Of a stretch of 64,000 bases of DNA, positions 13,170-26,195 are shown piece by piece. This DNA comes from Eledone cirrhosa (taxonomy: Eukaryota), in contig OZ024740.1 of assembly GCA_964016885.1 (NCBI GenBank), forward strand, positions 145,080,001-145,144,000, read 5' to 3'. The position numbers and the translations under genes are program-made. Within the stretch, counting starts at the first letter, position 1. Each line of letters starts with the position of its first letter. A model generated the notes under the pieces. It was not told the origin of the DNA and did no database searches. It worked only from the letters and a program-made list of their open reading frames with translations.

Positions 13170-13775
13170 AAATCTTGTTTATACGAATTGAGAGAGAGAC
13201 TGAGCATCAGAGGAATCAAATGTTGTGTGCAGGAGAGGAGGTTACGTTGGTATGGACATGTGATGCGTATGAAGGATGACAGCTGCATAAAAAGGTGTAG
13301 AGCACTAGAAGTAGATGGAAGCCGCGGAGTGGGGAGACCCAAGAAGACCTGGGATGAGGTGATAAAGGCCGACCTTACCCAATTGCACCTCTCAAGAGCA
13401 ATGACACACGACCGTGACCTCTGGCGTCGCGCAGTAATACAGAAGACCCCCCCCCCCCCACATGAACAAGCCAACGCTGAAGCATATAGACAATATGCCC
13501 CCAACCTTCTCACTGCAAAGTGGTCATGGAGGTGCCACATCAAAAAAGCACCCTGCCCACACTGTAAAGTGGACGTGTAGGCTCCACGGAAAAAAGCACC
13601 CAGCACTCACTGTAAATGAGGTTGGTGTTAGGAAGGGCATCCAGCTGTAGAAATGAAGCCAGAATCAGTTCCTGTATGAGCAAGACAAGGTCAGCCGACT
13701 GGACACTGCCCACAACAGAACAACCCGTCTAACCCATGCTAGCGTGGAAGAACGGACATAAAACGATGATGATAT
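13170..13775 (+). mobile_element. RTE-clade LINE 3' end
   Basis: RRLRWYGHVMRM...GSRGVGRPKKTWDEV...DRDLWR; 3' UTR with repeated caccc..cacactgtaaa units and a (gat)n tail. Confidence 0.9.
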
Positions 13776-14156
13776 GGACACATATGCACATAAAACTTGT
13801 TGAAGAATTAACAAACTGACATTAAAACCAGATATCTAGGAATACTACTATGGATTTTGTAGAATAGAAAATGTATCTGATATAATAATTTGAAAAGCCA
13901 GCAGCATAACTCTTAATCAAATTTTATTGTATTGACTGTGATTATCTGTATGTATGTGGTGTTTTTTTTTTTAATACTTTTTATAAAGAGAATTGAATTT
14001 TGCTATAAAACAATGACATCATATTGATATTTATAGAATAAATTCTACTCTACAAGATATATTAGTTGGGATTATTTTCTGCATGATGTATGTAATAACC
14101 ACAAACTCTTATTTCCAAGTCTATTTCTTATGCTACATTACTGACTACTTTTGCAG

Positions 14157-14296
14157 TTACGCAGCCTAGTTCGAAAGATCCGCTTCGAGGTGACCGCAGC
14201 AGTTTCCAATGTTTCCCTCCTCAATCAAATTTCTGGTTGTTCTTACATCCACAACAACTATGTCAATGCACTTAATGGAATTTGCCACCAAAGTTT
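14157..14296 (+). CDS. tty: Tweety exon G: LRSLVRKIRFEVTAAVSNVSLLNQISGCSYIHNNYVNALNGICHQS
   Basis: Acceptor ctacttttgcag|tta, donor tt|gtaagt; phase 0 to 2; C-x3-H-x2-Y-x2-A-L-x-G-x-C Tweety signature. Confidence 0.93.
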
Positions 14297-15046
14297 GTAA
14301 GTAATGTTTTTTCTACATTTTAACAACACTACCAACTTTTTTTTACACCCCCACCCCATTTTATTTTTTTATAGCTTAGTCATAGGAGGGATGCCAGTTC
14401 CCAGGATCAGGCATGTATGTGGGGATGCGGTGGAGTTTGAACCACAATCAATTAGTTACTGCAATGTGTAGTTCAAGTTCTGCTATTGCCTATTTGGGTG
14501 TAAAACATAATCTGTCACCTAGTGTGACACTGTTACTTAGTGTGACACTGTTACCTGAGTCATGTGTACCTTTAACTGTTACAAACACTTGAGTCAGCTC
14601 TGGTTTGAGGATACCTTCCTCCTTCCCTTCCATTAGACTTGGAGTTTCTGAAAAGATTTATGGGCACCTCGATAAACAACAACAAACAAATAAAAATAAA
14701 TAAAATAAAATCAGAATTTTGCCACAAAAGCTGAATATATATTTGTAAATGTGAGTTCCACATGCAGAAAATAACTGTAATAATAGTTGAGAAAATTGGG
14801 TAAATTACCCTTACAGATGGGGAAAAAGTGGACAGTGGCACCTCTAAGTATCCCTTTATCTCACAAACAATTATTTGTGATTGACTTATTACATTTTCAA
14901 ATTTCAAACACTCTTTACTTTGTTAATTCATAACATCTCAATATATAATTGAAAACAATAGATTTATTTTAGTTTTATATACTTAAGATAATTTTGTGAC
15001 AGTCTTGTTTAACATAAAGGATTTTTTGTTTGTTTTTGTTTTCCAG

Positions 15047-15148
15047 GATTGGTGTGGCTTTCATGAGTCTTGTATGTGGTATAATAGGAGTTGCACTGAC
15101 CATTAATATCTGTTTGGCCACAAGGGCTTCAATTTTATTTGCAAAAAG
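15047..15148 (+). CDS. tty: Tweety exon H (last TM helix): LIGVAFMSLVCGIIGVALTINICLATRASILFAK
   Basis: Acceptor tttgttttccag|g, donor ag|gtctgt; phase 2 to 2; hydrophobic helix. Confidence 0.88.
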
Positions 15149-15207
15149 GTCTGTATGATATAGTAGTTAATTTATATATTTAAATAATTTTTGGTTTAAA
15201 TGCCTGT

Positions 15208-15252
<45 letters not shown>

Positions 15253-16304
15253 TTTGTTTTAACAATCATCAAGCTCACAACCACACTGATTATATAACTA
15301 TGCAGCTGGACTCTTAGCTTAATGCTTCTTCGGATGTATACAAATTTTGTTGCAAGTGAGAGATCTCATTTATATATCCTGTAAAACAACTGCAAAAAAA
15401 CAAATATAAAAATAACAAAAAAAGAAAAGTGAAACTGAGATCCAATAGAAGAGTCCAAATGTAAAATAAAGTATTTTTGTGGCATTAAATATAATACTTT
15501 ACAAGACACCAACACTAGAAAGGTTATTACAATGCTCATCCTGATTGAATGGCCCTTCCAAACTCTATAGTGTCTCCATTCAATCACCAACATACATGAA
15601 TATATTTATATATATAGCTACGCGTGCGAACGCGCACATGCGCGCGCACTGTATAGTGTCCGTATTAAAGGTACATAACTCTGTTTGCTTTAGTTAGCTT
15701 GATCAAATTAGAAAACAGTAGAAAGTATATCTGAGTGTGGAAAAATATTCTCCATCTCTTATGTAAGCATTGAGGAATGGAAATAACACCAAAACATATA
15801 TACTTCTTTGTGTCTATATAGTTATCCATAGTAGTTGAGATGGACCAGAGCCCTTACACATTGAGACCACATTCATACTATGATAGAGTACACCCAGTAC
15901 ACCCAAAGTGATCAGAGACAACATAAGGTCGAGAGGACTCTTTAGTCTGGACAAATATATGACATCTTTAGTGCTAATGTCAAAATGAAATGCAACAGTT
16001 ACACCTTATAATGTGATTGCTGTTAAGAAGGGCATCTAGCTGTAGAAACTCTGCTAAATATGGAAGGTATGTGGAAGATGAGGTCTTTCTGACTTGTCTA
16101 CCCTTGGACCATAACGAACTATTCACCCATGCCAGCATGGAAGCCAGATGTTAAATGGTGATGATGGGCTGTAAATAAAGCTACTAAAAATAAATGATTT
16201 AATTTGTAAAAATGTTTTTTATATTTTCATAAATTTTTGTACTGTTTTCATTGATTTAAAAATGTTCATGATTTAATTTATTTAATATAATCTTAATTTT
16301 ATTA

Positions 16305-17340
16305 AGATGATGCAGGCTGGCAACAAGCCTCCCTACTTGTCAGTTATGGTGGCCTTGGTCTTCAGTATCCAGTTTTATTGGCAATGCCAGCATTTGTTTC
16401 GTCACTGAACTCCTTGTTGTGCTCTTATCAATAAAGTTCTCTGATCAGGGAACTAGCGTTGGCTTATGTGACTTGGAGCAGACTTGGCTTTCATTTTGTA
16501 GACATACAATCTCTTCAATACAAATGGGATACAATCCAGTGCAACAAATCTTTAGACAGCCTTATCCACCTACTTGACCAGCTCTGTCTGGTATGTTTCC
16601 ATTCTGTTTCTCAACCCCATAGCAGTGCTTAGCTGAACACTGTATGCTTGCAGTCAACTGGTTCCAAGCTGTTCAGCAACTGTCTCTTTGTCAGTATTTC
16701 CCTAAGGCCCTATATCTGGATTTGCAAACAAAACAAATGTCATTGCAGATCCATGGTAGATGATTTCTGTCTTCATCTGCTTTCATGCTACCTCAGTGCC
16801 AGTCACCTCCTATGGCATGCCATTCTCAATGACAACATTAAGCTTAAAACTCTGGGTTAATCTGAGAGGCAGCAAATTCCAGATGGCAATGTTTTGTGAT
16901 GGTATGTCGCTCATCTGAGATGTGATATGCTGCAATATTTCATCCAGGAGCTGCAACCTGGTGAATTCAGCAACTGCCTAAGCTTTCTATGCCCGACAAA
17001 CTAAAGATTACAAGTTGTTGAAGTACCAGCCATTTTCTAAAAGGTTTATTGTTGAACCTACAGCTGTGTATACTTAAGTATCTGGTTCCGTGAATCATTT
17101 CCCTACTTATTGCTATTGGGATAGAGTTGGCCACTTGCGGGAATGGGCTCTGCGAATTGAACTGTCTCTTTCTGAGCATCTCCCTTGCTATCCTCCAAGG
17201 TCATGCCTTTTTAGTTCTGTCCACTTGGAACATCCACGGCAATGTCCACCTGAGAATCTGCATACCAGAGAAGGAGAATGAGTGAACAAAAGAACAGAAA
17301 CCTTTCATTGGGTGATTCAAGCTGTTGCCATTAGCCACTA
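16305..17340 (-). mobile_element. Old degenerate LINE-like fragment
   Basis: GC-richer island with broken minus-strand frames and LINE-like 3' end; family not resolvable by eye. Confidence 0.4.
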
Positions 17341-18059
17341 TATATACACATGCATTCACTATTTATGTAAGACAAAGGCTCATAGCAAAGGTACATAAAG
17401 AATTCCTTCAAGATTGCTCTTTTTCTTTCTCCGCAATATTATAAATTTAGTTTTAATGTAAGCGGATGAATATTAAGCACTGTACATTGTGGCAATTATC
17501 TAATTAAGCTTTTTCTTTTGTTTTGTTTTTGAGATGATCTGCATAACCTTTAAATAAGTATTATGCTTATGTTTTTTTACTATAAACCTCACTTCTATAG
17601 ATGAAACATTTTTATCACTATTTACATCTACTAGGTGGATTTGTATTGAAAGTACATTATTAGATATTATTATACTGACTGAATAATTTAGGTTTGGTAA
17701 TTTGCTATCTTGTAAAACCATTGATAAAACAATTCAAAATTTTATTTCAATAATATACAACATAATCCATACCAAGTTTTTGATGGCCTACAGTAAATTA
17801 CACAACACCAAGGAAGTCCTTAATTCTTTGCTTGAAACAATCTAAAATCTATATATTAAAAGTAAATTTACATGAACCTTATTATACAATGTATGGTAAA
17901 TTTCCTAATTTAAAATATGTCCAACTCTATTGCATAATGCAATTTAAAGTAAATTTTTATTTGGTGGTCCATAACATTTTTCACATGAATTTTGTGACCC
18001 ATCTGAAAAAACTACTGGCTAAAACAAAAGGGTTGTGGAAGTTTTGACCATTTGTATCC

Positions 18060-18880
18060 TTCTATTAATATTTGGTCAAGATACTTGACTTAATGATTCA
18101 TATGATCAAATCCATTGTTCATCATCATCCTGCAGTTTCATCTGAAATAGACTCAACAGTAGATCTCTATATATGTCTATCGCTCATTGCATTACCTAGA
18201 TCCCAAACATCATTACCAGAGTCTCTGGCTATGACATCTGGATTGGAGAGTTTGTGCCTCTTTGGTGTTTGATAGATGTTGGTTTCCAAAGCATTAAAGG
18301 AGACACAGCATGTTGGTAATGGCCTGCAAACCCCACATTTCTCTTTTGCCCGATATCAGAAATAGGAAGTACTTGGCACTTTCACTTTTATCTTGTGCTT
18401 AGAGGATTTTTGAGCAAATGAATTTGTGATGTACTCTGTCTTACCTTCATTGGGATGGAGACTATTTAAAGCAACCATTTCTTGGAGAACCATGAGGTGT
18501 TGGGCATTTTCTATGCAATCTGCTAAAAGAGCAATGTCATCTTCAAAGTCAAGAATTATAAGATGTTTGGTGTGATGTCATAAGCTCAAATGAGGTTTGA
18601 TGGTGATCCCTTTCTCAATGATGGTGTTTAGAAATTCTAAGACAGTAGTCTAGTGCTATAATGAAAAGGAATGGTGTAAATGTGTCACCTTGCAACACAT
18701 CTGCAGAAAATCTATTGATAGCCACCATCAAGAAGTACATCTCACTATTGTTAACAGCAAAGTGGTCCATTATTTCACAAAGGTGAGCTGGAATAGTACC
18801 TGGGTCTATAGAATAGAGCAAAAAATGTGTCAAATTTATTTTTCTTTGAATGCCATAACATTGATGACACATTTAGTCCA
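18060..18880 (-). mobile_element. Degenerate RTE-like RT fragment
   Basis: VLQGDTFTPFLFIIALDY (RT QG motif) on the minus strand. Confidence 0.75.
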
Positions 18881-19616
18881 TTTATTAAGAGTTCTATAAT
18901 ATATTTTCAAAACATGCCAGGCTATGCATACAAGTAGGACTAAGTGGTACTGTTGTTAATTAGTCCCAAATAAGTCCTTGTCAAACCGAACTATCATCTA
19001 AGACATTCTGATCTTGACCATCTCATCTTCTTTCAGGCATATTTAATCTAAGATTGTTATCCAGTGTGTCTTTATGTTGTTGATGATTTAATTCCATAAC
19101 CCCTGATCAAGCAGATCCATGTTGAAAAGCATTCCATGGTTACCTTGTTTTCCCATTTTGAAGCATAGGAGTATATTTCCTAATGTCTTCTTTATTTTAA
19201 TTTAAAAAAATTTTTTTTGTTTTTTTTAAAGGTAATATGGTGTCATATGGCCATGTTGACACCAACTCATCTGTATTAACTCTGGTACTATGATACAAAA
19301 CCTCATATTTAGATTAAAACTATTCAACTATTGTAGTCTTATGTATGAACTTTTCTTATTTTCTAAACACTTTCTTATTAATGAAAAAGCTAATCATTTT
19401 ACTAAATCCTTATGAATTCTTGTTTTCAAAATTTTATTGGCAGAATTAGTAAAGCATCAGATAAAATGCTATTGCAGTATTTATTCTGGCTATTTACACA
19501 TGGAGTTCAAATCCCACTGAGGTTAACTTTGCTTTTCAATAAAACAAAGTGCCATTTTTAATTCTCATAGCATTGATTACAACATTATTATATTTCTACT
19601 TTCTTTACTATTTCAG

Positions 19617-19739
19617 CTTGGTATACTATCCTGTAGACAACACTGATCCATTTCTACCCAGGCCACCTCCCTACAGCTACGGCACCCTCCCAACGGCTCC
19701 GAATGATCCTTTCCAAGTGGACGTACGCAGAAGTTACTT
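19617..19739 (+). CDS. tty: Tweety exon I (cytoplasmic tail): SLVYYPVDNTDPFLPRPPPYSYGTLPTAPNDPFQVDVRRSY
   Basis: Acceptor tactatttcag|c, donor tt|gtaagt; phase 2 to 2; DPF-x-P and PPPY motifs; GC-richer than flanks. Confidence 0.87.
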
Positions 19740-21619
19740 GTAAGTAAATACGACAGCAACCACCACAACAGTCCTATCTGTGGATTTGTTAGTTGCTTCT
19801 GACAGTTGATTTCACATGGGGATGCTGATTTTCTCTGCCAATTGATTAAAGAACATCAATCAAGCTATTCAATTCTTTACTCTTTCTAACATATATCTCT
19901 AGAACCTTATCTGTTAAACATTATAAATATAATGTTCCACATTCTATGTAATAATGTTTCTCTGTTGTATCTAAAAATCCCCCAAACTATTTATATTAGC
20001 ATCAAGATCATTTTAGCAGATTAACTTTTTTATAAAGTTGAGAATTTTCTACTGTTATTTAAAAATTTCCTATTTGAGTCTGAAATTTATTTTCTCCATG
20101 CCACATGTTTTATGTTTTGCACTTTTTTAAACATCATTGTTCTATTTGCAAAAGCTCACCAAACACAAGACTGTGTATGCCATAAAGTTCACAAATTGAA
20201 ATAGATTTTGTGTGTGCCATAACAAAAAAATATAGCACAAGATGTGTTATATTTGCTTCTTCATTCCTAATAATACTACTAATTTTTTCATTGTAATGGT
20301 AACATAATACTATTATAATAATACTAATAGGGTGGTGGATTTGCAGAATCATTAGTGTCGGATAAAATGCTTTGTAGCATTTAGTTACAGTCCTTTATGT
20401 TGTGAGGTCAGCTTTGCCTTTCATCCTTCTGGAGTTGATAAAATAAGTACCAGTCATTTACTGGAGCCAATGTAATCGACTCTCCTCCCATCACCAAATT
20501 ACTGGCCTTGTACCTATGTTAGAAACAATACTAATAATAGCAATGGTAATTAATGATGATAATATCCAAAAGGATATTTGGAAATAGTGATAACCAGAAT
20601 GTGGGGATTGAAAACAGAAATAATTCTAAAATAATAGGTGCCTTGGGAATGATTTTTAAAAGCACTCCAAAATGTACAGAAAATAGCACTACTAGGCACT
20701 GCACACACATTAAATAGTGTACTTTCAATACAATGCAAAACAAAACAGCATATACCAAAGAGTTGTGCTTAGTAATACAATGGAAGCATGCAATATAAGT
20801 AAGGTAGATATTTGCCAGAATGTTGGAAACATTTGAGTAGATTAGTGTTCTGAAAAATGCACTCATTGTGAGCTCCATTCATTGTGAAAGTTCCATGTGC
20901 TGTAAGTCCCACTTGTAAGTTTCACCTGTTCTATATTTTAGATATGTACTTAAAAACAATATTTTCAGAATATGCTAAAAAAAACATAAATATTTTGATA
21001 TATAATTAATGAAGATGATAGGTTGTAATGTATCTGTTCCTTTTGAATGTTCCCTAAAGTGTTTGATTTTTATCATTTGAATATTTATATTTCTTTTGTG
21101 TGTGTCATGGTCTGAGTAAGGTCTTCTTTTAGTAATGTAGTACATAGTTCTCATAAATTTGGGTGTATGGTTTTTAAAGATGGCTTCGGACTATTGTGAA
21201 AACATTCTACCACATCTGTATTAATCTTCAATATAAAGCATAGAGGTAAAGGTTTAAATTTAGTTGAAGTATTGCTTTCTCTATTGTGCAGTGAAAGAGA
21301 TTCAAGAAGCTTTTGCACCCTCCCTCCTAAATGGTAATCCTTCCAGATTCTGCTATTCCATTTACCTACTAATACTATAATATTAACGAGTTAAGTGGTG
21401 AATTAACAAAATCATTAGCGCATTGAATCAAATTGTTCAGTATTTGATCTGGCTGACAGCATTCTAAGTTCAAATCCCATCAAGGTCAATTTTGCCTTTC
21501 ATCCTTTTAAGGTTGCAGTCCAGGGATGGTGGATTGGTAGAATTGTCAAAGAGTCAGATGTGGTATTTTGTGGTTTCTGATTTGTCTCTGAGCATTCTGA
21601 GTTCAAATTCTGCCTCCTT

Positions 21620-22650
21620 CTGCCAGGAGTTGTATTGAACTGATAGTATCAGCAATGGAAAGACCAATGGAAACATTGTTTTCATGGTCCAATCTGATGA
21701 TCACCTCCTTTCTTTTAATGAGCTAGATGTCCTCGAGAAGGGCTTCTGCAGATGTTTGAAGAAATTTGATCAGGATGCCTAGTTGGGGCTCTAGGGCACT
21801 GTTTACTATTTGTGTCTAGGACAAATACCCTGCTACCTTTCACCTGGAAGATCATTCTTACCTCGAGAAGTTGACCCTTTTTAAATGACTCTTTGACAAT
21901 TCTACCAATCCACCATCACAACACAATCTAAGTTGACTGAAAGAGGCATATACCTTATAGTTGACTAGAGGTCCAAGTGGCTGCATGTAAAAAGTCTTTG
22001 TCTCACTGATGGCCATCTCATCTAAGTCTGCTGATCTGAGTTCATTGAACAGACAAGCCTGCTTTCAGACATTTATTAGGCTATGAACATTCAAACCTCC
22101 AATCTTCAATCTTGCCATTGTTGCAGTTAATAAGATGAAAACATTGGTTATTTAGCAGGAGCTTGTCAGATGGTGATGGTAGATGTAAGTTGCCAGGGCC
22201 TTATCTGCCTCTAATAGTCGATTGTTGATGTCATTTTCATCAACTCATCAACAATCTATCCTTCTGGAATTTGTGGAGGCAGCCTTTTATTTTGCTCTCT
22301 ATTGGCAGTGTTTTTTTCTTTTTTCATCTCTTTTGGGGACTTTATCTATTTCATGTTGTTTTGTTAGACAACTGTGAAATTAAAGAAATCTGAGTGGCTC
22401 TTTGTGTGTTTGAGACATTCCTAGTTTTTAACCTTAGCTACTCACTTTTGGGCTCTATCTTTTTTCTTTCCTTTCCATCTTGTTGCCAAATATCCCCAGG
22501 TTTCTGTTTATTCAAGGTTGACTGCATTACATGGGTACTAAATTCTGGGTGCTCATTTGATGTTGATAATGAGGAAAAGAAGGCTACTTTATTTTTTTTT
22601 CCACTCATCTCTTGAGCAGTGTGTAAGGGTGTTTTAACATCATAATCCTT
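21620..22650 (-). mobile_element. Old LINE remnant (endonuclease/linker region)
   Basis: Broken coding-like composition contiguous with the neighbouring LINE fossil; no clean motif. Confidence 0.35.
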
Positions 22651-22699
22651 GCTTTGTGTTTTTGTCCCTCATGGTTGATCTTGCTGCTGCCTGATATAT

Positions 22700-23591
22700 A
22701 TATATATCCAGACACTAAACTGCCAGTTGCAGACTGCACATCAACACTAGATATTTTTCTCCACAAAGTTCGATCACCAACAGCAGAGTTTAAAGAGCAA
22801 CGATCAAGTCCAGTCCATAAGTTGACATTGTCAAGCCATCATTTTGGTTGCTGGCCTCTGCTGCTCTTACCAGTCAACTTTCCTTCTAGGCATAATTTAC
22901 TTACACTATGAGTTGATCTTTTGATATCATCATACAGTTTAAGCATTCTTGACCTGACAACCGATGTGATTGGTCTAAGCTTGGTGATGTTGAGCAGCTC
23001 ACTGATACAGATACGGTTGCTGAGCTGCTTGCTAGTCATAAGTCTCATGATGTGGCTCTGGAATGTAGAGAGCTTTTGAAGTGACCTTGTCGACCAATTA
23101 ACGCAATAAAGACCATATAACACAACTGGTAGGATGTAAGTATCGAAGATCTTAGCCTTCAAATGATAGGAGACTTGTTTTGATGTTAGTACTTCCTTGT
23201 TCCTGTTGAAAGCTGCCCAACCTAGAGCGATTCGATATTGCACAGCGACCATTCCATTGTTGTTTGATGATAGTTTGTGACCGAGATATACAAACTCCAT
23301 AACTCGAGCAATTTGCTGGTTGTAGATTGTAAGTTGGAGATTGGCATTGTTTTTATCAGTTGTCATACACTTTGTTTTGGAGATGTTCATGCATAAGCCT
23401 GCCTCTAGCGAATGTTTGGCCAGTACATTCAAAAGGTTTTGCAGATCAGTTCTAGAGTAACTCATGATGGCCAGATCGTCTGCATAGCTAAGAGGAGCAT
23501 TCTTCTTCAGTTTAGTAGATAAGTGCAGCTATAACTATACAGAAAAGAAGTGCTGACAGTACACCCTGCTGCTTAACTCCCTTCAAGATGC

Positions 23592-23600
<9 letters not shown>
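22700..23600 (-). mobile_element. RTE-like LINE RT C-terminal half and 3' end
   Basis: GVKQQGVLSALLF, SYADDL, MNISKTKCM, FVYLGH, ILPVVLYG; both ends abut (TA)n. Confidence 0.88.
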
Positions 23601-23631
<31 letters not shown>

Positions 23632-25354
23632 TTTTTCTCCTGAGCAGAAAGCTCTGAGCTGGTTTCTGCTATCTAACAGGTAGCACTCAGGCTTTCTGCT
23701 CTGCACTACCAGCCTGATCCTTTTTAACAAAAATCCATTTATTGGATATGCCTGGTCTTACTGATTTCAGGCATCACTAAAATTTTGATAGCCATATTGA
23801 CCCTCTTCCAATATATTTTGGTGGATCACATGCATTTATTACTACTCCAAACTGCTTCATGAAAATCATGTCCATCCATGAACCAACGTTTTTGCTTATC
23901 TCCTTGACTACAACACCTGTGTTCTTTCATCCCATATACTGGGGCACAAACTTATGGATTGGCAAGTTTTGCATAAGTTTTGACTATCTTGGCAGCCTCC
24001 TCTATTTTTAGCATTCAGCTTATGGTTCCATAACCCTGACCTTGTCTGACATGTTCAACTTCATGCCACACAAGTTAGGACACCTTCAAAATGTCCTCTC
24101 AGTTACATGTGTAATTCCACTTTGTCTTTTGAGATTTGAGAAGCAGAGGTATGTCCCTATTCATTTACATCTTTTCTCAGGAAATTCCTTGGGTAACAAG
24201 GCATGAGGCCTGTGTTTACCATTCTGCTTTTTTCTCCAAGATCTTCAACAGCTCCAGCCAGTTTTATCTAATTTTGTTTTTTCTTTTCTATTATTCTGGT
24301 TGCTTTGATAGAGCATTCCACTGATGTCAGCCACATCCATGGTGTTGCCAATACTGACAGTGGCAGGATCTCCATTTTTCTGAATGAAGTCTTTTTTACT
24401 ATTTCTTTGGTTGTTTTTGTTTTTCCAGTGAGGTATTAACTTCACTCTCCTTTGTGCTTGGAATGGCTGCAACTGCCGTGGGAGTCTCTTCTCACCACTA
24501 CTTTCATGAAAGCTTTATCTGGAAGTAACCTTTTAAAATTGTCAATATTTATACATTTTCTACACTTAAAAGTGTGAGAAAAAGGAGAATTAAACCCTTC
24601 TATCTCACATGCGTGTGCACATGCACATGTACACACATGCACACTACCGTAATCTAGATTTTAGTACAAAATTCAGAAGCAACGTCAAAACAGGTCTGAA
24701 TGCTTGTACATTTAATAATAATTACAATTATTGCCAGCAGCATACTGTCACAATAATGTCTCCATTGCAATGAGCTCTAGAACCTGTTTCCATTTCATAT
24801 CTTGATGTGTTAGTTTTTAATTAAAAATTATTATTAGACCAACTGAACTAGGTCAGATGAGGAACTAATATTGTAGTGAATATTGCACATTTCTGCTTTT
24901 AAATCCTCTGTCAACTGTGACTTATGGGCTTTATAAAATAAATATCAGTACTGTACTAGATAGATTAAATTACCCATGTCCCAGCCCCAGTATTTACAAA
25001 ATTAGCCCCTAGTCAATAAAAATCATTATCATCAGCATAAGCTTCATTATGATGATGATTGATAACTTGGGTCAATATAATCGACTTTTCTTTCCCTGAA
25101 ATTGCTGGACTTGTGCCAAAATTAGAAATTATCATTTAAGAGCAATAGACTAGCAGAGTTGTTAGAGCGTCAGACAGATGCTTAGCAGTATTTGGTCTGG
25201 CTGATACATTCTGAGTTCAAATCCCACCAAGGTCAAATTTGCCTTTCATTCTTCTGGGATCGATAAAATAAAGTACCAGTAAAGTGCCCAAATTAATATA
25301 ATTGACTTTCCCTTCCTCACAAATTGCTGGCCTTGTGCCTAAGTTAGAAATTAT

Positions 25355-25444
25355 CATAGTCATCATCATCATCATCATTGTCATTATTGTTATTTCATCA
25401 TCATTGTCATCACCATTGTCATTGTTGTCATCATCATTGTCATT

Positions 25445-25479
<35 letters not shown>

Positions 25480-25485
25480 TGTTAT
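25355..25485. repeat. (CAT)n microsatellite (SINE tail)
   Basis: catcatcat repeats following a SINE. Confidence 0.9.
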
Positions 25486-26044
25486 TTGTATCAGGGGCAT
25501 AAAATATACATTATTGTTATTAAAGAAACCTTGTTTGTATGAGGGCACAAAGAAAATACTATTGTTATTAAAGAAAGCTTGTTTGTATCAGGGCAATGAG
25601 TTGGCAGAAATAGTAAAGCACCAAACTTTACAGCATTTATTTTAATTCTCCTGTGTTCTGAGTTCAAATCCCTCTAAAATCAACTTTGCATTTATTTCAC
25701 AAGAGGAGTTAATTAAACAATTATTTAGTGATATACTGGTGTTAGTTTGGTCAACTCTACCTTTTGTCTGCTTTATAATTTAAAGTGCTTGTTCTCGCCC
25801 TTATTTTTTTATAGTTATTCCTTTTTGGTGTTTAATGTGATATAACTTTTTCAAAACATGCAACAGGAGAAAAAGTACTAAATACTATAGTAGTATAGTA
25901 GTTTATTTGGGCTAATTTAGTAGCCTGTTACTGTGGCCAGTCCCTCACAGTTTGTCTCCTCTCTGAGGAAATAACCACATCTGGGGAAATTAAAGAGTAA
26001 CATGTTATTGGATCAGTTTAAATATACTATGTTTATATATATTT

Positions 26045-26062
26045 ATATATAATATAATCAGG

Positions 26063-26117
<55 letters not shown>

Positions 26118-26195
26118 TATATAACCTAATATAATCAGGAACACACACACACACACACATTATATAACCTAATATAATCAGGAGCACACGCACAC
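26045..26195. repeat. Compound tandem repeat: three units of atataatcagga + (CA)n
   Basis: Anchor ttatataacctaatataatcagga is repeated with variable-length CA tracts. Confidence 0.9.

Noticed and set aside
23640-24600. Coding-like sequence next to the RTE fossil
   Set aside because: Broken frames on both strands and no diagnostic motif; likely a degraded TE but unsupported
26045-26195. Repeat-spacer-like pattern reminiscent of CRISPR
   Set aside because: The spacers are just (CA)n, the context is eukaryotic and there are no cas genes
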